Positions 1-12,359 of a DNA stretch of 64,000 bases are shown here, piece by piece. Source of the DNA: Octopus sinensis. Lineage: Eukaryota. The notes under the pieces are model-generated. The model was not told the origin of the DNA and made no database searches. It worked only from the letters and a program-made list of their open reading frames with translations. Numbering within the stretch: the first letter of the stretch is position 1; every line of letters begins with the position of its first letter. The position numbers and the translations under genes are program-made. The DNA is taken from the NCBI RefSeq assembly GCF_006345805.1, contig NC_042997.1, positions 60,388,001 through 60,452,000 on the forward strand, given 5' to 3'.

Positions 1-80
1 CTTGTGGCTCCCACTCGCTATTCTCATCCCCCTTTCAGCAACGTTACTAGAGGGTTGTATCTCTCAGATTTCTTTTACCT

Positions 81-533
81 TTATTTGTCTCCAGGTAAAG
101 AGTTGCAAAACTTGAAAAAGTTTGTTGTTTGATCACTGATGAAAGTATCTATTCTCAGGGTTTCTTTTCCTGTCTTGTTCACAATATAATCTCTTTCACC
201 ACAGCTATCACACAGAAGCAAACTGCCTGCACTTGGTAGCCAAGAATGGGTGATGGTGTGATCTTCACGATGGAGTTGGTTGATTGCTATTAAACACAAA
301 ACCCAGCTGTTCGACATAATTGCACATTTTCTCAATGCTTTTATACTGGATGAGTATTTCCAGAATGGTATCATTTCTCTATACAAAATTTGGACATGCT
401 CAGCTGATGGCACTTCAGTGCCAATAGAACTTATCTCAAACTGGTAACCACCATCCGCCTCGCAGCACTTGAAATTCAAAGGTTTCTGGAAGTTTCCAGA
501 GGCACTTGACTGGAATTCTATGGTAATTTTCCG
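81..533 (-). CDS. Possible coding exon, unidentified (open frame of ~150 codons)
   Basis: Stop-free frame from TGA at 536-534 to TAA at 83-81, non-repetitive and protein-like. A possible acceptor (ttccag) lies near 513-518 on the minus strand. No family recognised. Confidence 0.25.
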   Translation of the reverse strand, partial: RKITIEFQSSASGNFQKPLNFKCCEADGGYQFEISSIGTEVPSAEHVQILYREMIPFWKYSSSIKALRKCAIMSNSWVLCLIAINQLHREDHTITHSWLPSAGSLLLCDSCGERDYIVNKTGKETLRIDTFISDQTTNFFKFCNSLPGDK

Positions 534-1489
534 TCAAGAGCCGTAGTCTCTGGGAACATTATTCTTTTGGTCTACCACTAACCCTCTACGGAATTCAAAG
601 GTTGATGCACCACCGGAGAAAACTGTGAACGCCTAACAACATTCCAGATGCCAGGAACCTAACTTGGTCTTCTCTTAGCTCAAGACCACTTCTTTTTCAT
701 TTTTTTTTAATATCTATTACCTCCCTTTAACCCACAACACTTGCAAACGTTACTTAAAGTTGCTGCTGTTTATGTTTATTATTGTATACACTATTTTTGG
801 AAACCAATTGGACATTTACGTCACTTTTATGGTGTCTTTCAAATTGTAGCTACAAATGTTTATTTTTGAAACCATATCTTCTTAAATTTCATGTTTTCAT
901 TGTAGAAGCGTACGGTCTATTAATGCAACTATGGCTAGCACGTCTTCCGGCTATCACAGGGTATCCATTTTGGAATGCAAAGTAGCAAATTGTGATTTTC
1001 CAGATTATAAATACGGTTAAAGCAACATTAAAGACGAATCTTTTCGTCTATATCAGGTAACGGGGCAGGCCTTCAAATAATGCAAAAACCTTTACTGCTG
1101 AGAAAAATGGACATATCTGGTAACTGGTAATGCGATCGAGAGATCTCTACAAACGGGAGTTCTGGTGAAGTGAAGTGTGCGTTCCCATCAACGAACATAA
1201 CAACAATAACCATAACGATGATGACAACAACGATGATGATGATGATGATTATGATAAAGGTCCACAAAAAGATCGACGACGCTACAGGGTGGTGAAGGTT
1301 GGAGGTACATAAAAACATAAAGCCACTAAAAAAATGAAGACTGCCTGTCCCTCCAGACCAAAACAGGGCAACAGGGCGGTCTTCAAAATGGTCTCCGCTG
1401 ATAGCTGGATCCGTCCAACATAGACAACAGTTATTCGACATAACTCCACAAGTTAGCAATGCTGAGATGTAACAGAAATAAAAAAACCC

Positions 1490-1750
1490 AACAGATAGCC
1501 AGTGCTAACATTCTCGAGCTTCACCAACTACGAGCTAACGAGGAAGAGTACCTCTACAGTGGTCGCTCAGGGAAATAAACATAGCAACAAATTCTTCCTC
1601 AAATTACTCTCTACCGTCTTGATGAAGGAGGGACATATTGAACAATTAATCCTAATTACGCAATATCAGATAAAATGATACAGTGATCATAGTGTGGTAT
1701 TTCTTTAGTCATAGATTTGCTCGGTCAGACATGATCTGAAAATAAACAAT
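1490..1750 (+). mobile_element. Degenerate SINE-like dispersed repeat (family C 3' part)
   Basis: Similar sequence (...agcaacaaattcttcctcaaattac...gatcatagat...ctaaacaacaac) recurs at about 35340-35560, 55410-55600, 57160-57330 and, inverted, 15835-15930. Confidence 0.5.
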
Positions 1751-1860
1751 AGTAGACATGCTCCGTCCAAAATTTGAGTGTTTTTCTCTCAATGTTTCTC
1801 TTTACTCTTCTCACTCAGCTTCCGTTATTTCTCTCTTCCATCTCACCACACAAAAACAGG

Positions 1861-1863
<3 letters not shown>

Positions 1864-1922
<59 letters not shown>
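1864..1922. repeat. (CT)n microsatellite
   Basis: Direct reading. Confidence 0.95.
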
Positions 1923-1925
<3 letters not shown>

Positions 1926-2424
1926 ACTGAGCTCCTCCTTCAATCTTTTCTCTTCTTCTATTGATATATCCTTGACACACACGATTGTGTTCGTGTTTAT
2001 ATTTGGGTGTGAAAAAATACACTCCTACCGTAAAACACATGTTGTCCTTAAGTTATTTTAGATTTCCTGTACGTGATATCACTTCCTAACAAACAGACCA
2101 TTTCTCGATATGACCGATCTTTTGATGTAGATATCTCACAAGATTACTTCAAGTACCATCTTATGTCAGAATAATGTGGAGTGTAAAAAAAAGCCTACAA
2201 TGTAACATGCTTGATCTGGTGTATTCCATTCTTGGCACCACTAAATCTGCTGATTTGTTTTACAGATTTCATATGGGGAAAGCATGGCATATCGAAGTGA
2301 TAGAGTGCATATATAGCAGTTAAATGTACCTCTCGTTTATATTTCATCTCTTGATTTAAAAAAATCAAGACTCTCAATGGCTTCGTTCATGTAATTAAAA
2401 TTAAACACTTTGAGAAAATATAAA

Positions 2425-2640
2425 GATGTATGGCCAAGTGGTTATGGTATGGAACCCCAGATCATAAGGTCGTGGGTTCAATTTCTGGCTTGGACAGCAC
2501 ATTGTGCACATGAGAAAGTCACGTTTACGTTGTTTCAGGATACTAACTATAATGGGTACCAACTGGGTGTTGATGCAGCCCTCTCTTCCTTCATCTGTCA
2601 CATTCTTGAAATTCCACTGGGTCATGGGTGAGAGTAAAGA
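2425..2640 (+). mobile_element. Degenerate tRNA-derived SINE
   Basis: A-box-like tggccaagtgg and B-box-like gggttcaatttc at tRNA-like spacing. Confidence 0.45.
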
Positions 2641-3139
2641 CTATATAAGCTCTTAAAACAATTAGCAACAGCAAAGTACAAGTTACCAAGTCATACTCGT
2701 TCGCGAGTGACGATTGACCGTACTCTGAGAAGGTACTGTTCACAGTTGAAAGCAGTAGGATTGCCATAAGATTAATGAGTGTTCAACCACACACACCATA
2801 CGGGTAAGAGAAGGTAGTAAAATGTTTTCTTTAAATTCTAGTTTATCCTTTTTTAATTACTACAGCGGTGCCAGGTTCTTAGTTGTGATCCGATGAGTCA
2901 CTGGCTTACCAAACATGGGATTCAGTGTTGACTGCTGACCTCTGTTTCTACTCTGATAGATTCAATAAACACTTAGTATCACATTGGTTGCAATATTTCT
3001 GTATATTTTAATAAGATAATCACAGACGTAACAAGGAAAGCTTTACTGATCGGTCAACTAAGCTTGAAATAAAACCAAATCACTCTCAAATCACATCATA
3101 CCATCTCAAAAATAAATGGAATAGATCAGTTTTACCTGT

Positions 3140-3343
3140 TTTAGGCACAAGTTCCTGAAATTTGAGACAGGTGTAAGTCGATTGCATTAACACCAGTGCT
3201 TGACTAGTACTTATTTCATCGGCCCCGAAAGAATGAAAAGCAAAGTCAACCTCGACGGCATTCGAACACAGAATGTAAAACTGGAAGAAATACTGCTAAG
3301 CATTTTGTCTAGCGTGCTAATGATCTGCCAGCTCATCGCCTTC
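3140..3343 (-). mobile_element. tRNA-derived SINE family B (degenerate)
   Basis: Reverse-complement similarity to the cleaner copies at 13018-13252 and 19804-20028. Confidence 0.75.
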
Positions 3344-3488
3344 AGGACATATTAAGCAATGTAGTCCTAGAGAAATTATGTTTGAAAAAAATATTGGTTG
3401 ATCACAAGTCTGTTCGTTTTACAGATACTAAATTGTATTCATTGTCATTTCACATCTTAATACAATCTAATGCCCACTACGCCATATA

Positions 3489-3741
3489 CCCGTGGGCATA
3501 TGGCGGAGTGGTTGAGAGCGCGGTCTACTAACCCCAAGATCCCGAGTTTGATTATAATAATAACAACAACAACAACAATAACAGCAGCAACATCGAAAAA
3601 TACCTTAGGAATGAGAATCCAGGTTCGAAATTTCCCCGAGACACCTGATGAAGGCTGGTGGGTATATCAACCGAAACGTTGTGTTAGCAACAAACAAAGA
3701 TGAGAACAAATATCCGTCAAATGTAAATAATGTAAATAATG
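3489..3741 (+). mobile_element. tRNA-headed SINE-like element with hammerhead-bearing tail
   Basis: A box tggcggagtgg (3501-3511), degenerate B box gagtttgatt (3544-3553), (AAT/AAC)n linker, hammerhead motif and a short tandem tail (aatgtaaat)x2. Confidence 0.7.
3640..3685 (+). ncRNA. Minimal type I hammerhead ribozyme motif
   Basis: Stem I acac(3641-44)/gtgt(3681-84); core CTGATGA 3645-51; extra A; stem II ggctggtg/tatcaacc with one mismatch; GAAA 3673-76; loopless palindromic stem III ACGT; GUU triplet. Confidence 0.7.
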
Positions 3742-6339
3742 TCAAAGAGATTTGTTGATAAGTTACTATAGTATACTATTGCAGCAAAATATTTCCTCTT
3801 TAGACACAAGAAGATATTGTCGGTATTTTTGCTGGTGCTTTCATCGATACTAAATTACTTTATAGCTAAAACTGCTAGACACTAAACGAAATACTCTTCT
3901 ATTATATGTCAAAACTGTGTTCTACTGTGTTAGCAATGCTATCAAATCACTTATTAAGGTTACTTCCAAAGACTACCCATTTTTCATCTTCGATCTCATT
4001 GTTGTTTACATTAGGCGTACTCGGGTACGAAACGTCGTAACAAATCAGTGCTGGCTATAATTTCTTCTATCATAATTCCATTCATATATAAGATGTAAAG
4101 ATGTACTTAGTGTCTAGTCTGTCGCCTGCTGTTCTTCACATCGGTCCATTCCCATCCGCTATGTCTGTCTCTGGGCTCCAAAGGCTTTCATTGGATGGTT
4201 CCTGCAGCAAGAAAATTTTTATGAAGACACTTTACCAGGACATCGCTTAACCCTCCAATTTTTTACCAATGTCTGAAATCAGTTGGTACTGTGATGGAGA
4301 AAAATTTGACTTTGGCGGGGCTTGAACTCAGAAGGTAAAGCTCTGTAACTAAATACTGCATGTCTGACTTCTAAATATAATCACTCGGATATCTGTTTCC
4401 CCCAATCAGGCATTTCCTAACACCATATTTAAAAGTATATGTAACATGAATACTGGAATGGGTAATAACATTGGCACCAGTTTGAAGGAAACAAGTTAAT
4501 GGTGGCATATGCATATCCTGAATATTTTAATTCCTGATATAATTTCATTCTTTCGTACTTCTATTGCGTTATGTTATTAAAAAGTTTAAAATATACTATT
4601 TTGAAAGCATTCCAATTGTGTTGTCACTACATCCTGCTTTTTACTTCCTCAATTAAGAATATTGTCCTGTATTTTAGAAATGTATTTTACAAAGATCGCG
4701 CTTGTAATGTAATAGACAGAAATAGAAATAGAAAACACTAAATACTGACATTTATCTGAGTTCCATGTTAACAATTACAGTTGTTGTTTTATATATGAAC
4801 GTTTTATTTAATTATTCACTTGAAATAAACCATTGTTATTCTGGTCGTGCTGGAATACTGCCATTGTATGTGCATATAACTGTTAGGATCTATATGATAT
4901 TTAAAGCTGTATGTGAGTCTATGTCTGTGCAAATATAAATGAATTATTTTTACCACTTCTGAAGGAGAAATGAATTAAGTTATAATGTTAACAGACCATT
5001 TATGTTTTTATGTCGTTGCAGCAGTGTTACATAAATTAACAATTATGTCAAGTGAGATATAAATGCAGCCTAATAGTGAAACTACTTTTGTTCTTTAAAC
5101 TTAATTGAGCAAACCTGCTAAAATCTTACCACAACTGATCGCTGTCTTGTTTTCAGCAAGTGTTTGTATAAGGGCCCTTGTTTTCGGCACGTCAAACTAA
5201 TTGCTTCTTTAATGAGTACCAGACTATAATAAAAGAAGTATTATATTGATATAATGTTTAAAAATAGTAATTAAATTAACTGGATTTCATCGATTATAAT
5301 CTCTACGAAACTTAAACGCAAAATTGATCTGGGGTATCTCAACTAGGGTAGTTGCCTTGGTCACCACATTTTAGGTGACATCACGTCTTGTATTTACCTA
5401 AAACTGTGGGGAAGAGATAGAGTGGGAGAGAGAGGGAAGAAAAGGGAAAAGGGGGTTCTTTTGTAAACTAAGACTTATAAACACACATTACACAACCGTC
5501 CGTGACACAAGATATATTAAATTATTTGGTAATTTTATCAATCGAAAATTATATTATAAAAAAGATAAATGTACTATGTACTGTACTGTGATTTTTTTTA
5601 CATGTTCGCTAAATTATAAGGTGGCAATCTACGTTTGCAGGTGATTCCATCTTACATTCAGGGTTTATAACAATCACTGCCAAAAATATACTGTAGATAC
5701 GGTTCTAGTTTTATCAGTGAAAGGTCTTGAAATCTGATACTGTTTTTATTTGATACTGTTCTCTTTTTCTTGTATATTGTATGCATGAGGTGATTCAAAT
5801 GATGGGCAAAATGCTTTGCCATATTTAGGTGCATCTCTATGTTCTGAGATCAAATTTTGTTGAGGTCAGTTTTGCTTTCATTTCTTTAGGTTTCTAAAAA
5901 GCATAAGTGATATATTGAAGTCATTTTAGTTCAATTGACCCCCTCACTAAAAGAGTTTTAACCTATATGCGAATTTAGTTTGAATGTCACTGTTGGTGGA
6001 GTCGAGATAATGTTGAATTACTGGCAGAAGTGGTTGCTGGTTCGTGTCTTATGTTTGTTTTTTTGTTTTTTTTCTCCTTGTGAAAAGTTTTCAAAAGTTA
6101 TACTTGTAAGAACACTGTATTTTAGTTTGTCCAGGACGGCAGCAAACCTAAGACCGGTCTTCTACTCACTACACTTATAAGGTGTTTAGTGTATCACATT
6201 TAACATGTTAACATGGTATAGTAAAGAATCTCAGTCTAGTTGTGTCGAACGCATGGGACAAATTATTAATGACGTAACAAGAACGTTTTCTTTGGAAAAT
6301 GTTTCAATAACCTTCGAGCGTTTTAGAAATAATCTTACC

Positions 6340-6455
6340 TTTTATTTGTTTCAGTCATTGAACTTCGGCCATGCTTAGGCACCGCCTAGCAGTGTTTAGT
6401 CGAACAAGTCGAGCCCAATATTCATTCTTTCGGTCCCTTTGCCGCTTAGTAATGG
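6340..6455 (-). mobile_element. SINE family A, 3' fragment
   Basis: Reverse complement of the ...ggtgctccagcatggccgcagt...gactgaaacaa tail. Confidence 0.7.
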
Positions 6456-6519
6456 TGATAAGCACAAGCGCACGCGCGAGCGCGCGCACACACACACACA
6501 TGCATATATATATATATAA

Positions 6520-6928
6520 GTGTGGCTGTGTATTAAGAACCTTGCTTACCGACCACATGATTCCGGGTCCTGTCCCACTGCGGGGCACTGGGAAAGTGTC
6601 TTCTACCATAGCCTCGGGCCGAACAAAGCCTTGTGAGTGCATTTGGTAGACGGAAACTGAAGGAAACCCGTCGTATATGTATATGTGTGTGTCTATGTGT
6701 GTATGTTTTTGTGTCTGTGTTACTCCCTCCTCATCACCACTTGACAATCGGTGTTGGTGTGTTTACGTCCTCGTAACTTAGCGGTTCGGCAAAAGTGATG
6801 GATAGAGTATGTACTAGGCTTTAAAAAAATAAGTTCTGTGGTCGATCTGTTCAGCTAAAACCCCTCTAGGCGGTGCTCCAGCATGGCCGCAGTCTGAAGA
6901 CTGAAACAAGTAAAAGAATAAAAGAATA
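6520..6928 (+). mobile_element. tRNA-derived SINE family A, near full length
   Basis: tRNA-like head, ggcac..gggaaagtgtcttctac core, internal (TG)n and a gtaaaagaataaaagaata tail. Homologous to 25328-25745. Confidence 0.85.
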
Positions 6929-6959
6929 TACATAAATATATCTGTGTGTGTGTGTATAA

Positions 6960-6987
6960 ATGTATATGTATATATATATATATATAT

Positions 6988-7062
<75 letters not shown>

Positions 7063-7091
7063 CACACACACCTATATAATATATATAGAGA

Positions 7092-7135
<44 letters not shown>
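6960..7135. repeat. Compound (TA)n/(TAGA)n/(GA)n microsatellite
   Basis: Direct reading. Confidence 0.95.
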
Positions 7136-7139
7136 ATGG

Positions 7140-7425
7140 ACAAGGCTATGTATTAACGATCATGGAGGTATGTATGTGAGTGTTATGTGTGGTGGGTAAG
7201 CTTACATTTGGATTCGTGGAAGAATTTGTATTTACACGTTGTGAACGCTTCGTTATGTTTGTTAAGCAATTGTGGTGAGTTATGGGTTAAAATTTTGAGG
7301 GCTTTTTTCATGCAGAATCCACAAGTGGAACGCTGGGTCTGATATGGGATGCCAGAAACTATTATAGCCCAGGACAACCTATATTGTATTTTTCTATCAA
7401 TTAGATGGTGTACGTGTCTTTCGAT
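7140..7425 (-). mobile_element. Penelope-like element 1, GIY-YIG C-terminal remnant
   Basis: Translates as ERHVHHLIDRKIQYRLSWAIIVSGIPYQTQRSTCGFCMKKALKILTHNSPQLLNKHNEAFTTCK. This matches the PLE endonuclease tail pattern WxI...PY...CxLC...IL...LLNKRxE...C. Confidence 0.75.
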
Positions 7426-7429
7426 TGTG

Positions 7430-7860
7430 TACTTTCGAGAGTATAATCAAAGGCATATCCATCGGAACATCCGATCTATCCGCCACCGAGGAAATCTTTA
7501 ATAACTACGCCACTTACTACAACGAAGCCCTAGCTACTGTAGTTTCTCCCAAAAGATTTAGCTGTACAACCAACGCTAAACTTAAAGAACACCTCTCTAA
7601 ACTTAACCCTAAACGAGCTCGCCCACATATTGGATGCCCAAACCCTCCCACTAGAGTTAGACAATGTCACCCACCAGCACTCATACGCATTACACTCGAT
7701 CTAAGAATACTAATACCAAACCCTCTAACTCTCCTCTAACATGCACTAGGAATTACACAACCCCAAATTTGCCTAATGAAAGCGGCGGGAGAACTATTCT
7801 CTGGTACACACCTCCATTCGCTTTAAACGTTAAGGGCCTTGCTTTAAAGCATTCTTTAAA
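7430..7860 (+). mobile_element. Penelope-like element 1, inverted RT-thumb/linker remnant
   Basis: SIIKGISIGTSDLSATEEIFNNYATYYNEAL and RTILWYTPPFALNVK match the PLE motifs SIxxRISxLSSxEEIF...Y..AL and RxIIWFNPPFSxNVK. Confidence 0.75.
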
Positions 7861-7899
7861 ACCGACTGCCTTTTCCAACTTTATTTACTTTTTTAACCA

Positions 7900-7906
7900 A
7901 TATCTA

Positions 7907-7961
<55 letters not shown>

Positions 7962-7969
7962 ATATTTAT

Positions 7970-8020
<51 letters not shown>
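7900..8020. repeat. (TATC)n+(TA)n microsatellite
   Basis: Direct reading. Confidence 0.95.
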
Positions 8021-9291
8021 CAATAGGTTACATTACTCGGTAGTCAAGATAAAACTCTGAGTTTCAGATGCCGAAGTGGAAATCCACAACACCATCTCTT
8101 CGGTTATCTGGCTATTTGAAAACGTTATGAAAAAATACCGTTAAATAAAGGGAAATTACTCTGTTATAACTCTGCTTGCCTGCGTACTTATACATCGCTC
8201 GCATTTTTCGTCATAAAAATTATATAAAAATACATAAAAAATATATAAAAATATATAAATTCTTCTTGGGACATAACATAGAAAGCATGTTCTATCTGTT
8301 TTCTTTAGGGGACCAAAAACGTAACAGAAACTTAGTCACATGTGGGCATGATCCGAAAAGCTCTGTCCTTGTATTTAGACATGTAGTAGGGTCTAAGCTG
8401 CTTTTCCAGATAAGCCATCTCTCCATGTCGCATAGACCGCACCTTCCGCTGCCGTTAGTATAGGGCTTACATCTGGCCAAAATCTTCCATTGTATGTTAT
8501 AATCGACACCTTTATCTCTTAAAGACCAAATATGATTAGACAATTGTGTCGCTTTTCTTTTGTTCCAGTGCCTAAAGCTCAAAGTGTGGTTATTGAACCT
8601 GGCCTTGAAATTACCCTCTGTAAGGCCCACGTATTCTTCGTCGAAACGGTGTCTTTAGTGGTTATAGAGTTTACGGTAGCTTCAATATGATGGTCTTGGA
8701 CATGCAAGCTCCATTTAGCGGGCACAATTCTTTATTCCTGCATGAACAGCTGTTTTCTTCTTGTGTTTTTTGTATGTTATGTTTGATTATGTTTTTAAAA
8801 TTGGTAGTTGAACTAAAACTAATTTTTAAATTGTGTCTATTGAAGAGTTTCCTATAAGTATGGTTAACTGGAAAATGTCTATCTATCAGTGCTAGGAAAT
8901 ATTTACCTATATTGACCACCTCGGGTGAGTAAGGGGGCGTAAACCAGATGACCTTCCTATTTCTATTATTCCTTTTCTTTACTGTTGGGCTAGTGATAGG
9001 TGTATATTTTATTTTTCGCTAAAACCACTATCTTTTAAAGCCTTATTATAAACTGGGGCAACGCTATTGAAGATGTCCTCATCAGATGAGAGGCCAGAAA
9101 TCCTCTTACTAATATTTTTACTAAATTTTTGAATACTATAGGGGGATGGCATGAACCTACATTAATATAACTTAGTCTATCATTGGGCTTCCTATAAGGC
9201 TTATAAATATTCTTATTAAGATCTAAGGAAACGTCTAAGAAATTGACAACCGTCAAGTTAGTATCTATAGTTATACTAAGTCCGAAGTGCT

Positions 9292-9292
<1 letters not shown>
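8021..9292 (-). mobile_element. Penelope-like element 2, 5'-truncated: RT C-terminus, Zn-linker, GIY-YIG endonuclease, 3' pLTR
   Basis: Frameshifted ORF pieces VNFLDVSLDL..YKPYRKPN..SCHPP, RKVIWFTPPYS, NIGKYFL..HFP..KLFNRHNLKISFS, CSCRNKELCPLNGAC and YVGLTEGNFKARFNNH..CGLC..LNTRTELFGSCPH. Bounded by (TA)n on both sides. Confidence 0.9.
8047..8109 (-). ncRNA. Type I hammerhead ribozyme motif in the PLE 3' region (variant core)
   Basis: On the minus strand: stem I agataa/ttatct (6 bp); core CCGAAGA (U4C); stem II gatg/catc plus an extra U; GAAA 8065-8062; palindromic stem III ACTC-a-GAGT; GUU triplet. Confidence 0.65.
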
Positions 9293-9338
<46 letters not shown>

Positions 9339-10727
9339 ATATATATATACAGAGAGAGAGAAAGTTCTACTGCCAAAGCTTATTGAATAAATCCAATAAG
9401 GTTGTTTCAATTTGAAACTTGTCGGATGTGCGCAAAATAGTTAAATATGAATTAAAAACATTATGAGTAAGTAAATAAATAATGTTAATAGTGTGATTTA
9501 GATTGTGTTTCAGACTAAACCGAATTAAAGCATACAACTCGTTCTAAGTCAATTGACGTTGACCTGTATCATTGCCGCCGACTAAGGATTCGATAGAGTC
9601 TTCTCTGGATAAAAGCGTGAATCCTTATATAGCTTCAAGTAGCGAGAAATGAGCAGCCTGATGTAAGTCTTAGCCCTTATATTGTCTGTAGTTTCAAATC
9701 AACAGCAAGCATTGTTTAGCATGTAGGAAGAACACTATGTTCTACAACTCCTAGTTAACATAATTCTTGGGATAAATATCATAATTTCAGGAAACGTTAA
9801 CTGTACAAGACATTCTAGTTAATATGGGTTTGTCTCTGGTTTCTTTAAGTCTGCAGCAAACTGATTAAGCCGTTGATGTGGTTTCGTGAGACTAGTGAAA
9901 AAATACACTTTTTCTTATATAATTCTTCAGATTTAGCAATAAAGAAAAGCAGTAAAGGCACATTGCATGAATGTCTTTGAAGCTGAACAAAGTTTTCTAT
10001 ATATAAGAAAATTGCCTAACCTCGTAAAATTTCGGTACACGGTCGGCTTCTAAACAGTTTCCGTGAAAAAAAAAAACACATTCACTATTAGTCATTTACC
10101 TACAATGACACATAGTAAGGTCTAACCTGAAACTACGTAATTGTAGAGCAAGCTGTTTAGTTACACTACTATGCCTACCCTCGGTTTCATATTAATGGTA
10201 GTAGAAAAAAATTCCTTGGATTCAATTCTACATTTATCTTATCATTAGTTTCAGACCTCAAATTTAATAGTGAATTACATTATTTCACAAATTTTTTTAT
10301 GGTGTCAGTTTATGGGATGGGATCGACTTAGTTTGAACAACACTGGCGTTCCATCAACAAGTTATGTTTCTCTCATTTATTTTTCTCAAGTTTTCTTCCC
10401 GTATCTTTTACCCGTTGCTTTTCTCTTCCTGCCAACATTCTCCTACCTCTGTGTAATTTGTCAATGCATAATAAACACTGTGCATAAATAGACATATCTA
10501 TAACATAAAAGGGCGGTAGCTTTTGCATGCAAACACCCGCTCACACACAAACACCCGTTACCACATACATACACACACACACACACACATATATACACAG
10601 TTATATATATAGACACAAATGCAGATATAATGCATACATATATGTGTGTATATGCAAACATATATATACACATAGAATACATATATATATATAAATACAT
10701 GTGTATATATATATATATATATTATAT

Positions 10728-10773
<46 letters not shown>

Positions 10774-12359
10774 TACATATGGGTGTATGAGTGTGTCTTC
10801 GCATAAATTGCTTTTAGATATTTTAAAATTTTACAGCCTCCTCAGTCGAGCATTCTAAGGATATTTACTAATTGCATAATACTACATTTTCATTTTCTCC
10901 TACTGTTCGTCCTATTTGTTACATATTGATCTGTCTTGGCCTAGTGTATCATATATATACAACGTTATCAGTAGATTAACGTCCCGTCTCAATTACTTCA
11001 AATAGATCTTATATGTTGATGATTAGGGTCATTCTCATGAAAATTAAACCAAAACAGGTTTTCAAAACTTTTAGAATGCTCAGAAAAATCTCTATTTATC
11101 TGTAAAACTATGTTTAAATGATTAATTTTCGATTTGATATCGATATGGGACAATTTTTTCCAGATCTACTGTTTGGAATATATAGAAAATATTTGTCATG
11201 AAAATGTTACATCATTTTTATCACACACGTCACACTAGGTAAATGGGAATTGAGACTACAAACATTATCGTCTATGGAACTTGTCAGCATTTTTTGAAAT
11301 GTCAAGGTCAATGTAAATAAATACAACGAGGCTTTATATGCTGCTCTGGAGAAATTCAGAGGAATTAGCGCTTAATATTTTCAGGTAAACTAAGTTATAT
11401 TGTAAGATGTCATGTACATCATACGTTTTGGATCCTCTTCGAAAAAAATCAACATACATTCCACGTGAGAAAATGTCTTGGTCGATACTTTCCTGGGTAG
11501 TTAAACTTTACAATGAAAAATTAATAATTACAATTTACAACTTAGATAGTTATGTCTCAGTCTGTAACGTACGTTATCCATTACTTGTAGATCACTCCCG
11601 TTTAGACCAATTAAAATGTTAAATATGAATATGTCTATTTTTCATGTATACACACACACACGCATATATGTATAAATATATACATGTGAGAGAGTGTGTG
11701 TGTGTGTGTGTGTGTGTGGGTGAGACGTGTTTTTTCGTGTCTCTGTGACTTGCGGAAGGAAAGAAAGAGAAGTAACCATCCATCGACCATCTACTTGGCC
11801 TGCATTAGTATGAACTCTACTAAAGGCACCCAAGAACTAGGGGATGTTGCGGAACCGCCTGACAGATTAAGTCTACCACCCAAGAACAAGAACGTTCTCC
11901 CACATAATTTCTACCAAACAAATGTCATCGCAGGAATTTTGTGCGTGTGTATGCTTTCAACAGAATATACTAAAATTATACCCAACTCTTTCATAAAGGA
12001 TTCCATAACATATCACAGCGGTAGATGGAGTCACAATTCATCAGTTTCGTGCTGGTTTGTAATAGGAACTTAACTGACGGCTCTAAGAAATGTTTTTCTG
12101 TTATTTTTATATCAAATATACAGGTGTTGGTTTCGTTAATAATCCATCTGTCAGATAGGTTCAATTAGTTAACCTTTAATGCTCAGAGGTGACTATCAAA
12201 CAAAAATTAACAGCCCTAATGACTTATAGATGGGACAAGAGAATACAACTCCTACTCTGGTTTGCAATAGCCGTATCTATAGTAACGATTTAGCTCAACA
12301 GGAGAAGCCAACGAAGCATTCGTGCTGTTCCTGCTTACAACAGTGAACTCTGTTGCATT

